Shown piece by piece: positions 49,166-60,513 of a stretch of DNA of 64,000 nucleotides. The stretch lies in NCBI GenBank assembly GCA_054600435.1, contig BAAIJX010000002.1:124001-188000 (forward strand), read 5' to 3'. A program made the translations under genes and the position numbers. This DNA comes from Neophaeotheca triangularis. Taxonomy: Eukaryota. The notes beneath the pieces are model-generated. The model was given only the letters and a program-made list of their open reading frames with translations, did no database searches and had not been told where the DNA came from. Position 1 is the stretch's first letter. Each line of letters begins with the position of its first letter.

Positions 49166-51245
49166 ATGTCGCACGAAAAGGACCAAACAAACACGCAGGA
49201 CTTCGTCCCCGACCAAGTCTCCCCCGCGAGCTCCAAGGACGGCGACAGCAATGCTTCCGAAAAGGGCGTCTCGGACCCCGAACTGGGGCCTCGCGGATCT
49301 CACACCAACACTGGTGCAGCGGCAGGGCTTACACAAGAGCACCGCGACTACCTGATTCAACGACACGGCACTCTCGACCTCGACCCCCTACCGGGCTGCG
49401 ACGGCGCCGATCCGATGAACTGGCCGCAATGGAAGAAGCTTTGCAATCTGGGCTTGGTAGCCTTCCACGCACGTGAGCCAACCCCTTCTCGATGCGACAA
49501 GACTCGTCACAAAAGCAGCGAAGAACACGCCAGCAAGAGATCAAAGGTTTAACTAACGGCCCAATCCCAGTCATGACGACCTTCTTCGCCGCCGGAATCA
49601 TCCCAGCATACGAAGCCATGGCCGAAGAATTCAACACTTCCATCCACCACTGTTCCTACCTGACCAGCTTGCAAATCGCCATCTTGGGATATGCGCCCTT
49701 GATCTGGAAACCGCTGGCGAACCGCTACGGCAGGAGACCCATTTTCCTCATCAGTGTGCTCGGCTCGCTCGTTTGCAACATTGGCTGCGCCGTCGCTCCT
49801 GGTTATGGGTCTATGGCGGCGTGCAGAGCGCTCGTGGCGTTGTTTATTGCGCCGCCCATTGCCATTGGTAGTGGCATTGTTACCGAGACTTTCTTCCGAA
49901 AGGATCGCGGCAAGTACATTGGTGTTTGGACTGTGAGTTGCCGCCATCTTGGAAGGACTGGCTTGATCATTTGATCATTTGCTGACAATTCCCAGCTGTT
50001 GGTGACTCTGGGCCCACCTTCGGCTCCATTCTTCATGGTATGTAGTACCAGTCCAGACTCGAGCAAAGCCGCACAGCTAACGTGGATACAGGGTTTTGTG
50101 GCATACCAAACTGGTGACTACCGCTGGATCTATTGGATCTTCGTAATCGTAAGCCGTTCCAAACCGCCTCTCGCTGGCTAAAGACTTTCCACTGACACTT
50201 TTTCTTCCAGATCAACGCCGTCCAATTCGTCCTCTACCTCTTCCTCGGCCCCGAAACCCGCTACATCCGCCAAGGCGTTCCCCACGAAGGCTCCCCCTTC
50301 AAGCAAGAGTACATCCACGGCCTGCAGTTCAAACGCATCGACCCGACCCCAATGACATTCAAAGAATTCATCGCTCCGTTCAAGCTCTTCACTTACCCAG
50401 CCGTCGTGATCCCATCATGCGCCTACGCCATCGTCTTCACCTACGTCGGCGTCCTCCTCACCGTCGAGATCCCGCAGCTCTTCGTGCCGAAATTCGGCTT
50501 CAACGAGCAGCAGATCGGTCTGCAGTTCTTGGGCATCATCATCGGCAGCATCATCGGCGAGCAGCTCGGCGGCAGGCTGAGCGACTGGTGGATGAACCAC
50601 CGCACCAAGAAGCTCGGAACGCGGCCAGAAGCCGAGTACAGGCTCTGGCTCGCTTACCCCGGTTTCCTGCTCGCCATCGTCGGGCTCATCGTCTTCGGCG
50701 TGCGCTTCCAGCAGGCGCCGCAGGGTGATTGGAACGTGACGCCCATCGTAAGTCTACACCTTTGGTAAGCCTGCGGAACTTTTCAAAAACCTGACTTTGT
50801 CCTAGATCGGTATCGCCATCGCCGCAGTCGGCAACCAAGTCATCACCAGCGTCCTGGTCACCTACGCCGTCGACTCGCACCTCGAACACAGCGCCTCCAT
50901 CGGCGTTTTCGTCAATATCGTCCGCCAGACCTGGGCTTTCATCGGTGAGTTGCCCTCTCTCTCTCCATACGGTTTCCCCACGCACCGCTACGTCCATTCA
51001 AAAGAAGAGGAAAGGAAACACCCGCTAATTTGGATACCAAAACAGGCCCCTTCTACTTTCCGGACATGCTCGACGCCCTCAACGTCGCAGGCACGTGCGG
51101 GCTGCTCGCCGCCCTAATCGCCGTCCCCGCTGCTGCTTCGGTCTTCCTGCTGCAATTTATCCGCGAGCGCAAGCAGAAGCAGAAATTGCGTGGGAGCGTG
51201 GAATCTGCCGCTGAGGGCCAGGGCGTGGTGCCCATGCGCCAGTAG
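49166..51245 (+). CDS. MFS transporter, DHA1-like, multi-intron
   Basis: LDLDPLP..DPMNWPQWKK, LANRYGRRP motif A, ETFFRKDRG, FLGPETRY, GGRLSD..PEAEYRL; about six GT-AG introns. Confidence 0.9.
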
Positions 51246-51807
51246 TCTGCTGTGGTTTTTCATTGTAATTTGTTCTTTGCTTCAAATCTAGGCTAGCTTA
51301 GTCCACCGGCGTAGTACGCTGTAATCCTTTGTTTTCTTCTTGTTGGTTTTCAATTCAGTACATCGTGGATTATCGATTGGGGTCTACGTGGAAAGCTAAT
51401 GTGTTGTGTCTGTATTGCGCTTAGTCGAACCGCTGGGAAGGAAGGCGGGACTGGGTTTTGAAGGTATTTAATTCTGGAAGGATTTGGGTTAAGAATACAC
51501 TCGATCGCTGGCGTTAAGCTACTGCTGAGGCGAGCAGATCGAAGACCGGCCAGTCATCTGGTCGCATTGTCAGCCGAGATTTCGTGAGTCAAGGGGCTTG
51601 GAAGTGAGGAACTGTGCAGAGCGGTAAGTCAAGTAATGTCTACCTTCAACGTCCGATCTTGCGCTTCTCTACCGCTCACTAGCCCCTCCCCAGCCTCGTA
51701 TCCGCGCTACCAATCCGTGGCAATGCGTTGATAGTGCGCAGCGTCAACTGCCCCATCGCTTCCTAAGGCTCAAGCCCTGCGAAGCACCCCGATGGCCGCA
51801 GAAGCTA

Positions 51808-52327
51808 CTAATTCGGCACCAAATGAAAGCCCTGCATAGCCTTCTTGACAGCCGCAACATTCAGTCCAGAGTCCAAATAAATGGCCCCGAGCAGCGCTTC
51901 CACAGCCGTCGCGAGCTTCTTGTCCGACAGCCCGAACATCTCGTCGTGGCGATCGGCCGGCACGATCCAGTTGCTGAAACCCGCGTACCGGCCGGCGCGC
52001 GCAAGGTTCGCGTTGCTGAGAACGCCCGAGACTTCGTTGCTGGCCGTCGCTTTGTGGAAGGGGTTTCGTTAGTGGATGGGGGGTGGGTTCGGGAGACTGC
52101 GAGTTCGGGAGCGAACCTGTGGTTGCGGCGCTGGGCATCCATTCTAGCAGGAGGACGGTTTTGATGACGCTGTCGCCTAGGAGCGCGAGGCGGTTGTTGT
52201 GGTTGATGCTGCCTGGTACGTGTCTTTGGTTGATGGCTTTCCAAATCAAGTCGAGGTCGGTGAAGGTGTGGCCGGTGAAGGCTCTGATACCTTCTTGGAC
52301 CGCTTCGCAGATGATGAGATCTGCCAT
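51808..52327 (-). CDS. Stand-alone RNase III-domain protein A (150 aa); exons 52327-52117, 52049-51808
   Basis: GHTFTDLDLI..NNRLALLGDSVI..LSNANLA..KKLATAVEALLGAIYLDS; intron GTTCGC..ACTAAC..AAG, phase 1; no dsRBD. Confidence 0.88.
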
Positions 52328-53270
52328 GGTGGGGAGGTAGGTGTGGGTAGTTGCGTGGCGGGGGTATAGGTTGTTTGTGCGTGAGTGCCACTGGCGTATT
52401 CAACGGAACAGGCCAATGGTGGGTGAGAGGAGTGGTGGTGCGGTTCAGCGGTTGTGCGTTGCATGAATGTAAGCGAAGTTAATGGTAGTGGAAGGAGGAA
52501 GGTTTCGTGAAGAAGAGCTTCTGGATGACTTGGATGAGGTGAGGTGAGGTCCCAAGCGGGTAGTTGCTCCTTCCCAAACTTCACTTAATGCCCCCCACAC
52601 GTGACGACGCCACTCACGAAGCAGAGAGATCAAGTCGCTCCCGGCGAACATTCCATCCGATCTCAACCTGGTGATTGGTCTCTATAATCAATTTCATCCA
52701 AGCTGTCGACGCCCTTTCCATGATCGCCTCTTATAGCAAGAACCAGAGGACCAAGCCTGTGACACATCCAACGCTCCTAAACAATCCAGGCATGAACAAC
52801 TCTCGGTGACCATCCGACTCGAGAATCCTCCGCACGGTCGTTCGACGTCGCTGTCTCCGCTCGACTATCCCTTCGATGCTGATAGCGCTTCCCGGGTCGA
52901 CGACATGTTTGTATTGCCAGACACTTCGAGCTTCTCTGTATCCCTCGTGGAAACAGTTTGTGCTACGATTCCTCGCCAAGGGTGGAGTTTGTGTGATCCA
53001 TCACGAAAGATTCTTCAACAAGATGAAGTCGGAGGTGTATTCTCTTCCCGTCTCGGCATCAGGCTTTCTCTTTCAACAGTCACCGTACTTGTATCCATCG
53101 TGATCATCTCTAGCTTGTATAAATGAGTCGGCAAGGTTGAATAGTACAGTATGAATTTAGGCTTAGTGGTATTATTTTGCTTCTTCGCCAGGTAACAAGG
53201 AGCATGCCGCTCCTTCGCCTCGAACAACGTTACATTTAGCCAGAGCGGCCCGGAAGGCCTGGGAACAGTT

Positions 53271-54907
53271 CTACCTGACGTCATTCTGTTTCCCTTGCTC
53301 GCGCAAATCAACCGATCCATCCAGCGACATGGCTCGCTGCTTGTCCAAGTCTATCTCTCCGATTTTACCAGTCCCGAGCATATCCCCGAAGCCTTCTCCA
53401 ATCTCTTCCAGTGACTTGCCTCCAGTCTCTGGTAGGAAGAAGAAGTAGATCAGGGCTGCAGCGCAGTTTGTGGCAATGAACAAAGAGTAGTACCTCCACG
53501 ATACGTCGCGGATAGCAAGCGGCGTGACCTGCGAAAGGGCGATTGCAACGACCGCTTTAGTAAAGACGGCGAAAGCCAGACCCTTCGCACGCAGGGCCGT
53601 TGGCAACAGCTCGCTGGGCACGACCCAGATCATGGCGTTAAAGAAGACGGCGTAGCAGAAGGAGTAGAGGAAGATGAAGGCAATCGAAGCACGAGCGCCA
53701 GCTTGATTCGATGAGGCCGTTCCGTCGGGGTTGGATCCGAACTCGGCGCTTAATGCCATGCAAATGGCGAGCATGACGCTCAAAGCAATCGATCCGGACC
53801 ATAGGGTAATTTTGCGCGGCCATCGATCGGCGACGACTACGAGGTAGAAGATTTGACCGAGAATACCCATCATGCCGTAAACACCGCTAATTAATAGAGC
53901 CGTCTGACCGGTGAATCCAACTGCGTCGTAGAAGATGTTCTGAAAGTTCTGAATGACCGAGGAACCGGACAGCTGCCCCATGGTCACGATGAAGGCGGCT
54001 AGAGCAGTCCGCTTGATATACCTCTTGCTGAACATGGACCGGACGGATTGTATCCACGACAGATTCAACGACTGCTCGAAACGAATCTGTTGCTGGATCT
54101 GCAACAGCTCTTGGTCGGCCAGCCCGTCGGAACCGTTCCCGTGTAATTTGATCAACGTGTTTTTCGCTTCCTCGTGACGGTCCTGCTGGACAACTGCACA
54201 AAAAAGTCAGCTCCTGTTTACCAGTGATGGTGTGAGAAGAGCTGGAAGACTTACGCCAACGTGGGGAGAATGGGACGAAGAACAGCAAGCCGGCCATGAG
54301 CACGGGAATGGGGATTTGCATGCCAAGCGGCACTCGCCATTGCACGTCTCCAGAGGCGAAGGATCCAGCGTAGCCGATCCAGTTCGCGACGCCGAAGCCG
54401 ATCGCGATCATCATACCTTGCATGCCCACCAAGAAGCCTCGCGTCGATGGTGGTGCGACTTCTGCCAAGTACATGGGTACAAGAGACAGAAGCTGCCCGG
54501 AAGAGATGCCTCCGACCAGTCGGCCCACGATGAGCATACCAGGGTTGACGGCGGCGCATTGCAGGATTCCCGCCACGATGTTGAGGAATAAAGACAATTC
54601 CATGGTCCAGCGTCGACTGAACTTATCGGCAAGGTAGCCCACCGTCAAACCCCCAACGGCTTGACCGGCGTTGTACACCGAGACGATGGCGCCCGAGAGC
54701 TGGACATCCTCCCTAGACGGGCCATACATGTAGACTCGGAAGGAATCGTGTCCGAAGGTTGTAGCGACAATGCCTGAGTTCCGGTCGTCAGCTTGAGGTT
54801 CACTGTTGACATTGTAAGGAAAACGATCACGTACCCGAATCGAGGCCATAATTGAAGCCGCCCAGTGCTACCACACAGGCAATAAGAAGGATAATTGGTC
54901 GAATCAT
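53271..54907 (-). CDS. MFS sugar porter; exons 54907-54835, 54773-54255, 54193-53271
   Basis: LGGFNYGLDSG, ADKFSRR, PMYLAEVAP..RG, PFSPRWL, QLSG, SELLP..LRAKG, PETGGKSLEEI. Confidence 0.92.
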
Positions 54908-55349
54908 TGTCGAGTGTATAAAGTACAGGTACAAGCCCGGGGTTGACGTTCGCAATCGATCTCTTTCTCCTCAAGGCTGCTTCTTATATCTACACCTTCA
55001 GTGTTTTTGCTCCCGCCCTAGTCCTCGGCAATGTGATACAGCAGCTCATTGCCGTAGTCGACGATTCTTCGAGATCTACATCGCCAAGTGCACCGGGTGA
55101 TCGAGAAGCGAGACACGTGAGTGCTATTGAAGGGACCGAAGGCATCCGATGACCAATTTAGCGAGCCTAAGAGCAGCCAAGTCGGTTACTCCAATCGACC
55201 TTCTATACTTGATGCTACCGTTTCGAAGCCAATCCCCACGGTGCCCCAGATCCCCCGGGTTTTCGCTCGCCACACTGGACGATTGCCTCTCCAAGCCTTA
55301 TTACCGTGGGGGTTGACAAGGGCTCCCCCCGCTTCAGGGGTGATATGTT

Positions 55350-55366
55350 CGGTGCGAGATACACCG
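55350..55366. promoter_or_regulatory. CGG-N11-CCG Zn2Cys6 site (RhaR/Gal4-type) in divergent promoter
   Basis: CGGTGCGAGATACACCG, with extended dyad CGGTG/CACCG, lies between the transporter and GH78 start codons. Confidence 0.55.
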
Positions 55367-55580
55367 AGTATCGAACAAGTACCGAGGATTGCTCTAGTAT
55401 GCGTGGGAGCTGACCGCCTTACCCAACCTCACCTCGGTCCAGCACACCCCGTGGAATTGAAAACACTGGGGCCGTTGTCGTAGAGCAGTCGTAGGTGCAA
55501 GGCAAGATGCAGACAGTACTCGTTTATAACAGACGAGGCGAGGGAGGGTTTTACGCTTGTTCAAGCATCAGTCCATCGCC

Positions 55581-58337
55581 ATGGCAAACCCCAGAGTTAC
55601 GCCCCCGACGTTCGAACACCACCACAGCGGCCTAGGTATCGGTGTCAGTCGCCCGCGCATTTCATGGCGCTTCCTTGCTGGCGAAGAAACGGCCTCCGCT
55701 TGGGAACAAACGAGTTACGAAGTCGAGATTGCGCTTCAAGGTAGCCAACCCACGACCTACAGCGTTGACGGCTCCCAGTCGATTGTCGTTCCCTGGCCAG
55801 GTGAAGCCCTCCGATCGCGACAGTCTGCCGTTGTACGAGTGCGCTCGTTCGGAATCTCAGCGAATTCATCGAACCCAACGCCCACTGATTGGTCCAAACC
55901 CTCAACAGTGGAAGCAGCATTGTTGCACGATGAAGATTGGGGAGCTCAATTCATCACTTCCACCTCGCGCGTTCGTCATCCGGATGGTCCTTTCCAGCCC
56001 CTAAGGTTCCGTAAAACTTTCGAACTGCCGCAGGATCGCAAAATCGCAAGAGCGCGTTTGTACGTCACGGCGCTGGGCATCTTCGATGTGTACGTCGACG
56101 GGCGTGCGACGAGCGATGAGCTTCTAGCACCTGGCTGGACGAGCTACAGTCACAGGCTGACCTACCGAACTCTTGATGTCACCAATTCATTGGAAAAGGA
56201 TGGCACCACCCATGTTGTCTGCGCGGAGTTAGCGGAAGGCTGGTATGCTGGACGGCTCGGTTTCTTGGGTGGGAAGCGGGATATCTATGGCGAAGACCTC
56301 GCAATCATGGCCCAGCTCGAAGTAACGTTCGATGGAGAGGATCAACAGCCCTGGAGGCTGATTTCGGACGAAAGCTGGCAATGGACCAAGAGCGCAATCC
56401 AGCGAAGTGAGTTTTACGACGGCGAGGTTTACGACGCTTCCAACGAGTTTGACTGGCTGGGTCCTAGTATCGAACATCAGCCGGAAGCATCGTGGACGGC
56501 GGCAAAAGCTCTGCCTCCGATTGCTGCAAGGCTGGCCACGTTGGACGCGCCTCCCGTCCGGGTCACGGAAAAGCTGCCCCCGGTCGAGATATTCCAGAGC
56601 AAGAGCGGCAGGACCGTCGTCGACTTCGGCCAGAATCTAGTTGGAAAGGTCGAGGTGCATCTCCCGGAGCTGCCTCGAGGAAGTCAGATCACACTGAGGC
56701 ATGCAGAAGTGATGGAAAACGGCGAGCTTGGTGTGCGGCCCCTTCGTGAAGCGAGATCCGAGGACATTTACATCTCTTCCGGCAAAGGGCCAGTGACATG
56801 GACACCGACATTCGCGTTCCATGGCTTCCGATTCGTGCAAGTGGACGGGTGGAAGGTTGCGAAGTCGGACATTGAAGCGTTGGTTATGCATAGTGATATG
56901 CCTCGACGAGGAGAGTTTTCATGCTCCAACAGCTGGGTCAACAAACTGCATGAGAATGTGGTCTGGTCGATGCGAGGCAATTTCGTCTCCATTCCTACTG
57001 ATTGCCCGCAGCGGGATGAGCGTCTTGGATGGACCGGAGATATCCAGGCTTTTACGCCTTCTGCCTCTTTCCTGTACGACACTTCAAGCTTTCTTGGAAG
57101 CTGGTTGGAGGATGTGATGGACGAGCAGTTGGAGTCAGGCAAGGGAGGCATCCCACCCCTGGTAGTCCCCGGGGCCGCACTTCCACCAAACTGGCCCCAT
57201 ATGCCACAGGCAGTTTGGGATGATGTGACCGTACTCACTCCTATGGATTTGTTCCGTGCCAATGGTGATAAGGCAGTACTGGAGCGGCAACTCCCAAGCA
57301 TGAAGGCCTGGCTCGACCAAGGTATCGATCGAGGAGACGACGGTCTCTGGAATCCCGATAGATGGCAATTATCGGACTGGCTGGACCCCGGCGCTCCGCC
57401 CATGGATCCCGGGTACTCACGAACAGACAATGTTATGGTTGCCGATGCCTATCTTGTCCATGTCACAAGGACAATGTCCGAAGTCTGCAGCGTTCTTGGA
57501 CATGCCGAGCTCGCCAAGCAGTACAGTGGTGATGCCGACCGTCTCAGGAGCCTTTTCCAGCACAAATACATCACCCCGGCGGGTCACCTCATGAGCAACA
57601 CGCAAACAGGTCTCGCGTTGGCCATTCAATTCGGCTTGTACACGGATCAAAAAAGTCTGTCAGTGGCCGGGCAAGATTTACGAAAGCAAGTTCGTGCTGC
57701 CAAGTTTCACATTAGCACGGGCTTTGCGGGAACGCCGGTAGTCACCCACGCCCTTACGACCACCGCACAGTCACAGCTGGCCTATCGTATGCTGCTCGAA
57801 AAGACATGTCCGTCCTGGTTGTATCCAGTAAGCATGGGAGCCACGACAGTCTGGGAGCGCTGGGATTCCATGCTAGAAGATGGATCGATCAACCCAGGCA
57901 AGATGACGTCCTTCAACCATTACGCTTTCGGCTCCGTTGCAAACTGGCTGCACAAGACTGTCGGCGGAATTAGCCCAGCTGAACCTGGCTGGAGGAAAAT
58001 CTGCGTGCGACCGGTACCTGGCGGGAACATCACAAGCGCACGTGTGTCGTTTGACGGTCCATTCGGAATGATAGATTGCTCCTGGAGTCTGAAAAAGGAC
58101 CGAGCAGAGAGAGAGCCACAGAAATTTGAAATGTCTCTGGTGGTACCGCCAAATTCGTCGGCGGAGGTCACGCTACCAGGTGATCTCGAGCAGTCAATCC
58201 AGGGCAAGACGAAGAAGTCGGTCGTTGTAAAGAGCGGCAGACATGTCTTTTCCTGTGATTATGATGCGGGTGAATGGCCTCCAAGCGCAATTTATGCTGC
58301 CAACCAGAAGGTTCCCAAGCCGGACATAGCAGAGTAG
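55581..58337 (+). CDS. Alpha-L-rhamnosidase, GH78, intronless, no signal peptide
   Basis: LAPGWTSY, VVDFGQNLVG, FHGFRFV, SIPTDCPQRDERLGWTGD, GATTVWERWD, MTSFNHYAFG. Confidence 0.95.
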   Translation: MANPRVTPPTFEHHHSGLGIGVSRPRISWRFLAGEETASAWEQTSYEVEIALQGSQPTTYSVDGSQSIVVPWPGEALRSRQSAVVRVRSFGISANSSNPTPTDWSKPSTVEAALLHDEDWGAQFITSTSRVRHPDGPFQPLRFRKTFELPQDRKIARARLYVTALGIFDVYVDGRATSDELLAPGWTSYSHRLTYRTLDVTNSLEKDGTTHVVCAELAEGWYAGRLGFLGGKRDIYGEDLAIMAQLEVTFDGEDQQPWRLISDESWQWTKSAIQRSEFYDGEVYDASNEFDWLGPSIEHQPEASWTAAKALPPIAARLATLDAPPVRVTEKLPPVEIFQSKSGRTVVDFGQNLVGKVEVHLPELPRGSQITLRHAEVMENGELGVRPLREARSEDIYISSGKGPVTWTPTFAFHGFRFVQVDGWKVAKSDIEALVMHSDMPRRGEFSCSNSWVNKLHENVVWSMRGNFVSIPTDCPQRDERLGWTGDIQAFTPSASFLYDTSSFLGSWLEDVMDEQLESGKGGIPPLVVPGAALPPNWPHMPQAVWDDVTVLTPMDLFRANGDKAVLERQLPSMKAWLDQGIDRGDDGLWNPDRWQLSDWLDPGAPPMDPGYSRTDNVMVADAYLVHVTRTMSEVCSVLGHAELAKQYSGDADRLRSLFQHKYITPAGHLMSNTQTGLALAIQFGLYTDQKSLSVAGQDLRKQVRAAKFHISTGFAGTPVVTHALTTTAQSQLAYRMLLEKTCPSWLYPVSMGATTVWERWDSMLEDGSINPGKMTSFNHYAFGSVANWLHKTVGGISPAEPGWRKICVRPVPGGNITSARVSFDGPFGMIDCSWSLKKDRAEREPQKFEMSLVVPPNSSAEVTLPGDLEQSIQGKTKKSVVVKSGRHVFSCDYDAGEWPPSAIYAANQKVPKPDIAE

Positions 58338-58771
58338 AGTAGGCTAGACATCAAGTTAGCATGCCTTCGGCAATGAATGTCGAACATCGGAGATCGACTT
58401 AGACGTGTGAAGTCCCGTTCATCCGTTGCGCCTAGACATGTCTTGAGTACTCGTGTCTTTCCTCAAGACATGTCTTTCACCAGACACAGGTTCCGACTCG
58501 AAGACACCTCTCTGCTTTTCGAATGTGAGTACTCGAGACGATATATGTATGGCCTTCGCAGCAAGCCACAACTGTTCAATCTTCCCACTCATACGTTCAC
58601 CTGCTTGTGCTGGCTCATTAAGGTCATTCCTAGGTACTTTTCTTCAATCGTCCATTCGCCCTTCTTCGGACGAGAACAAGCGTCGATCGATACCCGGACC
58701 AATATTGATTGCTGGCAATCACACCCCTAAACTCGGAACTCGGAACTACAGGCAGCGCCTTACAACTCACA

Positions 58772-59322
58772 ATGGGGATCAAGATCGCTCGTTGCGCGAA
58801 GCCAGATACCACTGAGTTCGTCGAACACCTACTCAACTATACTTTCAAAGACACCTCGCTGGTAATGGAGGCAGTCCAACAAGCCAACCGCAGTTCCGGT
58901 AAACCAGATCAAAGGCTCGCCCTGCTCGGAGACACTCTCCTCAAGCACGCCGTGTTGCTCGATTGGTACCCGACCGCTAAGACAACCTGTAAGTACGTCT
59001 CATCAATGTTCCACACAGCGAGGCCAACTGACATCGGAGGTCTTTAGGTCAGGGACACTTTCTGGTGGTCAGGTTACTCAGCAATGCCAACCTCGCGGCT
59101 GCGGCTAGGGAAGTTGGTCTCGATAGACATATCGTCCGCCACCCACAGGCCATGCGCAATCCCAAGCACAGTCCCATTTCCAACTGGAAGGCCGCTACTG
59201 CGGTGGAAGCGCTGATCGCGGCGGTGTATCTCGATTCTGAATTCGATCTGGATGCGGTCAGGGCTGCGATGCAAGGTTTTGGACTGCTCCCGAAAGAAGC
59301 GAAGGCGTCGGAATCATCGTGA
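58772..59322 (+). CDS. Stand-alone RNase III-domain protein B (163 aa); exons 58772-58988, 59048-59322
   Basis: NYTFKDTSLV..DQRLALLGDTLL..LSNANLA..KAATAVEALIAAVYLDS; intron GTAAGT..ACTGAC..TAG, phase 1; no dsRBD. Confidence 0.88.
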
Positions 59323-59821
59323 GCACCTCGACTCTGGTGCTCGAACATGGAAAATTGGTGCATTCCCAAGACGCGGGTCGTCAGCGCGTGAACACGCTTG
59401 TTGGGCACTTCGCTAAAGTAGCATTGCGGGCGGGGCAAATTTCGTTCTCCCCGGAGGATTCGAAAGATCAGTGCGCTCGTTACAGCTCGGGGCTGAACGG
59501 GCGAACAAACAAACAACACAATTCCCTAGAGTAGCAGAAGTCTAAGTCAAAAGGTTCTTTTCGCTGGCGAAGGGAATTTGAGACTAGCAAGCGGGCTGCT
59601 GGACGCTCTTCGCGGCCTTGACTAGATTAACAACATCCCCCTTTCGGCGATGATAATCGGTCCAAAACGTTGGATATTACCTTGATGGGAAAGCTGGGTC
59701 GATTTAAACACTGAGGTTACGGTGTGTACAACTCTCTATGTGGGATGAGAGGGAAGTGGTAGATAGAAGAGGGGAGGCGGGAAGGAAAGGGAGGGAAGGG
59801 AAGGAATAGTAAGGAATAGTC

Positions 59822-59886
59822 AGGCAAGGCAAGGCAAGGCAAGGCGAGGCAAGGCAAGGCAAGGCAGAGTAAGGCAAAACAGAGCA
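59822..59886 (+). repeat. (AGGCA)n pentanucleotide microsatellite
   Basis: About 9 near-perfect AGGCA/AGGCG units, then degenerate copies. Confidence 0.9.
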
Positions 59887-60513
59887 TATTAAGAGAGAAA
59901 AATAAAAGGCAAGGAAATGGACTCGAGACTATCAAGAGATTATCAACAATTTTCGCTAAAGTCTTAGGGGTGGGTTTTTGGAGAGAGTAATGAAAGAGCG
60001 AGAAGATCCGTAGCCGTAGTGCATGATCCGTAGCTTGTAGTTACTACTATACCCCCCCTTTGTCGATCTGCTTTGCCTTGCCCTGCCCTGCTTTGCTCTG
60101 CTTTGCTTAAAACTGCCAAAACCCCATCGCTGTGCGAGAACTGAAGCTACCATGACCCGTCCGTACTGCCGTAACTCATTTACTACCGTAGTAGTCGGAC
60201 ATGACGCCAAGTCCTTGAACTCCCATCATACCGAGTCGTCGTGTGTCAGTCAATACACCACGTATAACCCCGGCTCAAAACGCCTTGCAATTCCCCCATT
60301 GACCCATAGCACATCGCAACCGAAGCAAATTCCACTCTCCAGCCTCCTCGGTATCTTGTCAGAGAAGCATGCTACCGCTCAGTTGATGAGAAGAAAATAA
60401 AAAGAACACTAACGCCCGCTTCCATATGATCACGCCCGCTTTTTCGCTCAAGCTCCCTTTTCCTCTCTCGCAGAATGTCGAGATTATTCGTAAGTAAGAT
60501 CGTAGACGCGCTC

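Noticed and set aside
38904..51245. TF + multicopper oxidase + MFS as a secondary-metabolite cluster
   Set aside because: No PKS, NRPS, terpene synthase or RiPP precursor in the window, and the intergenic gaps are long.
59319..59534. 71-codon ORF right after RNase III copy B as a further RNase III fragment
   Set aside because: GTG start and none of the shared RNase III blocks are present.
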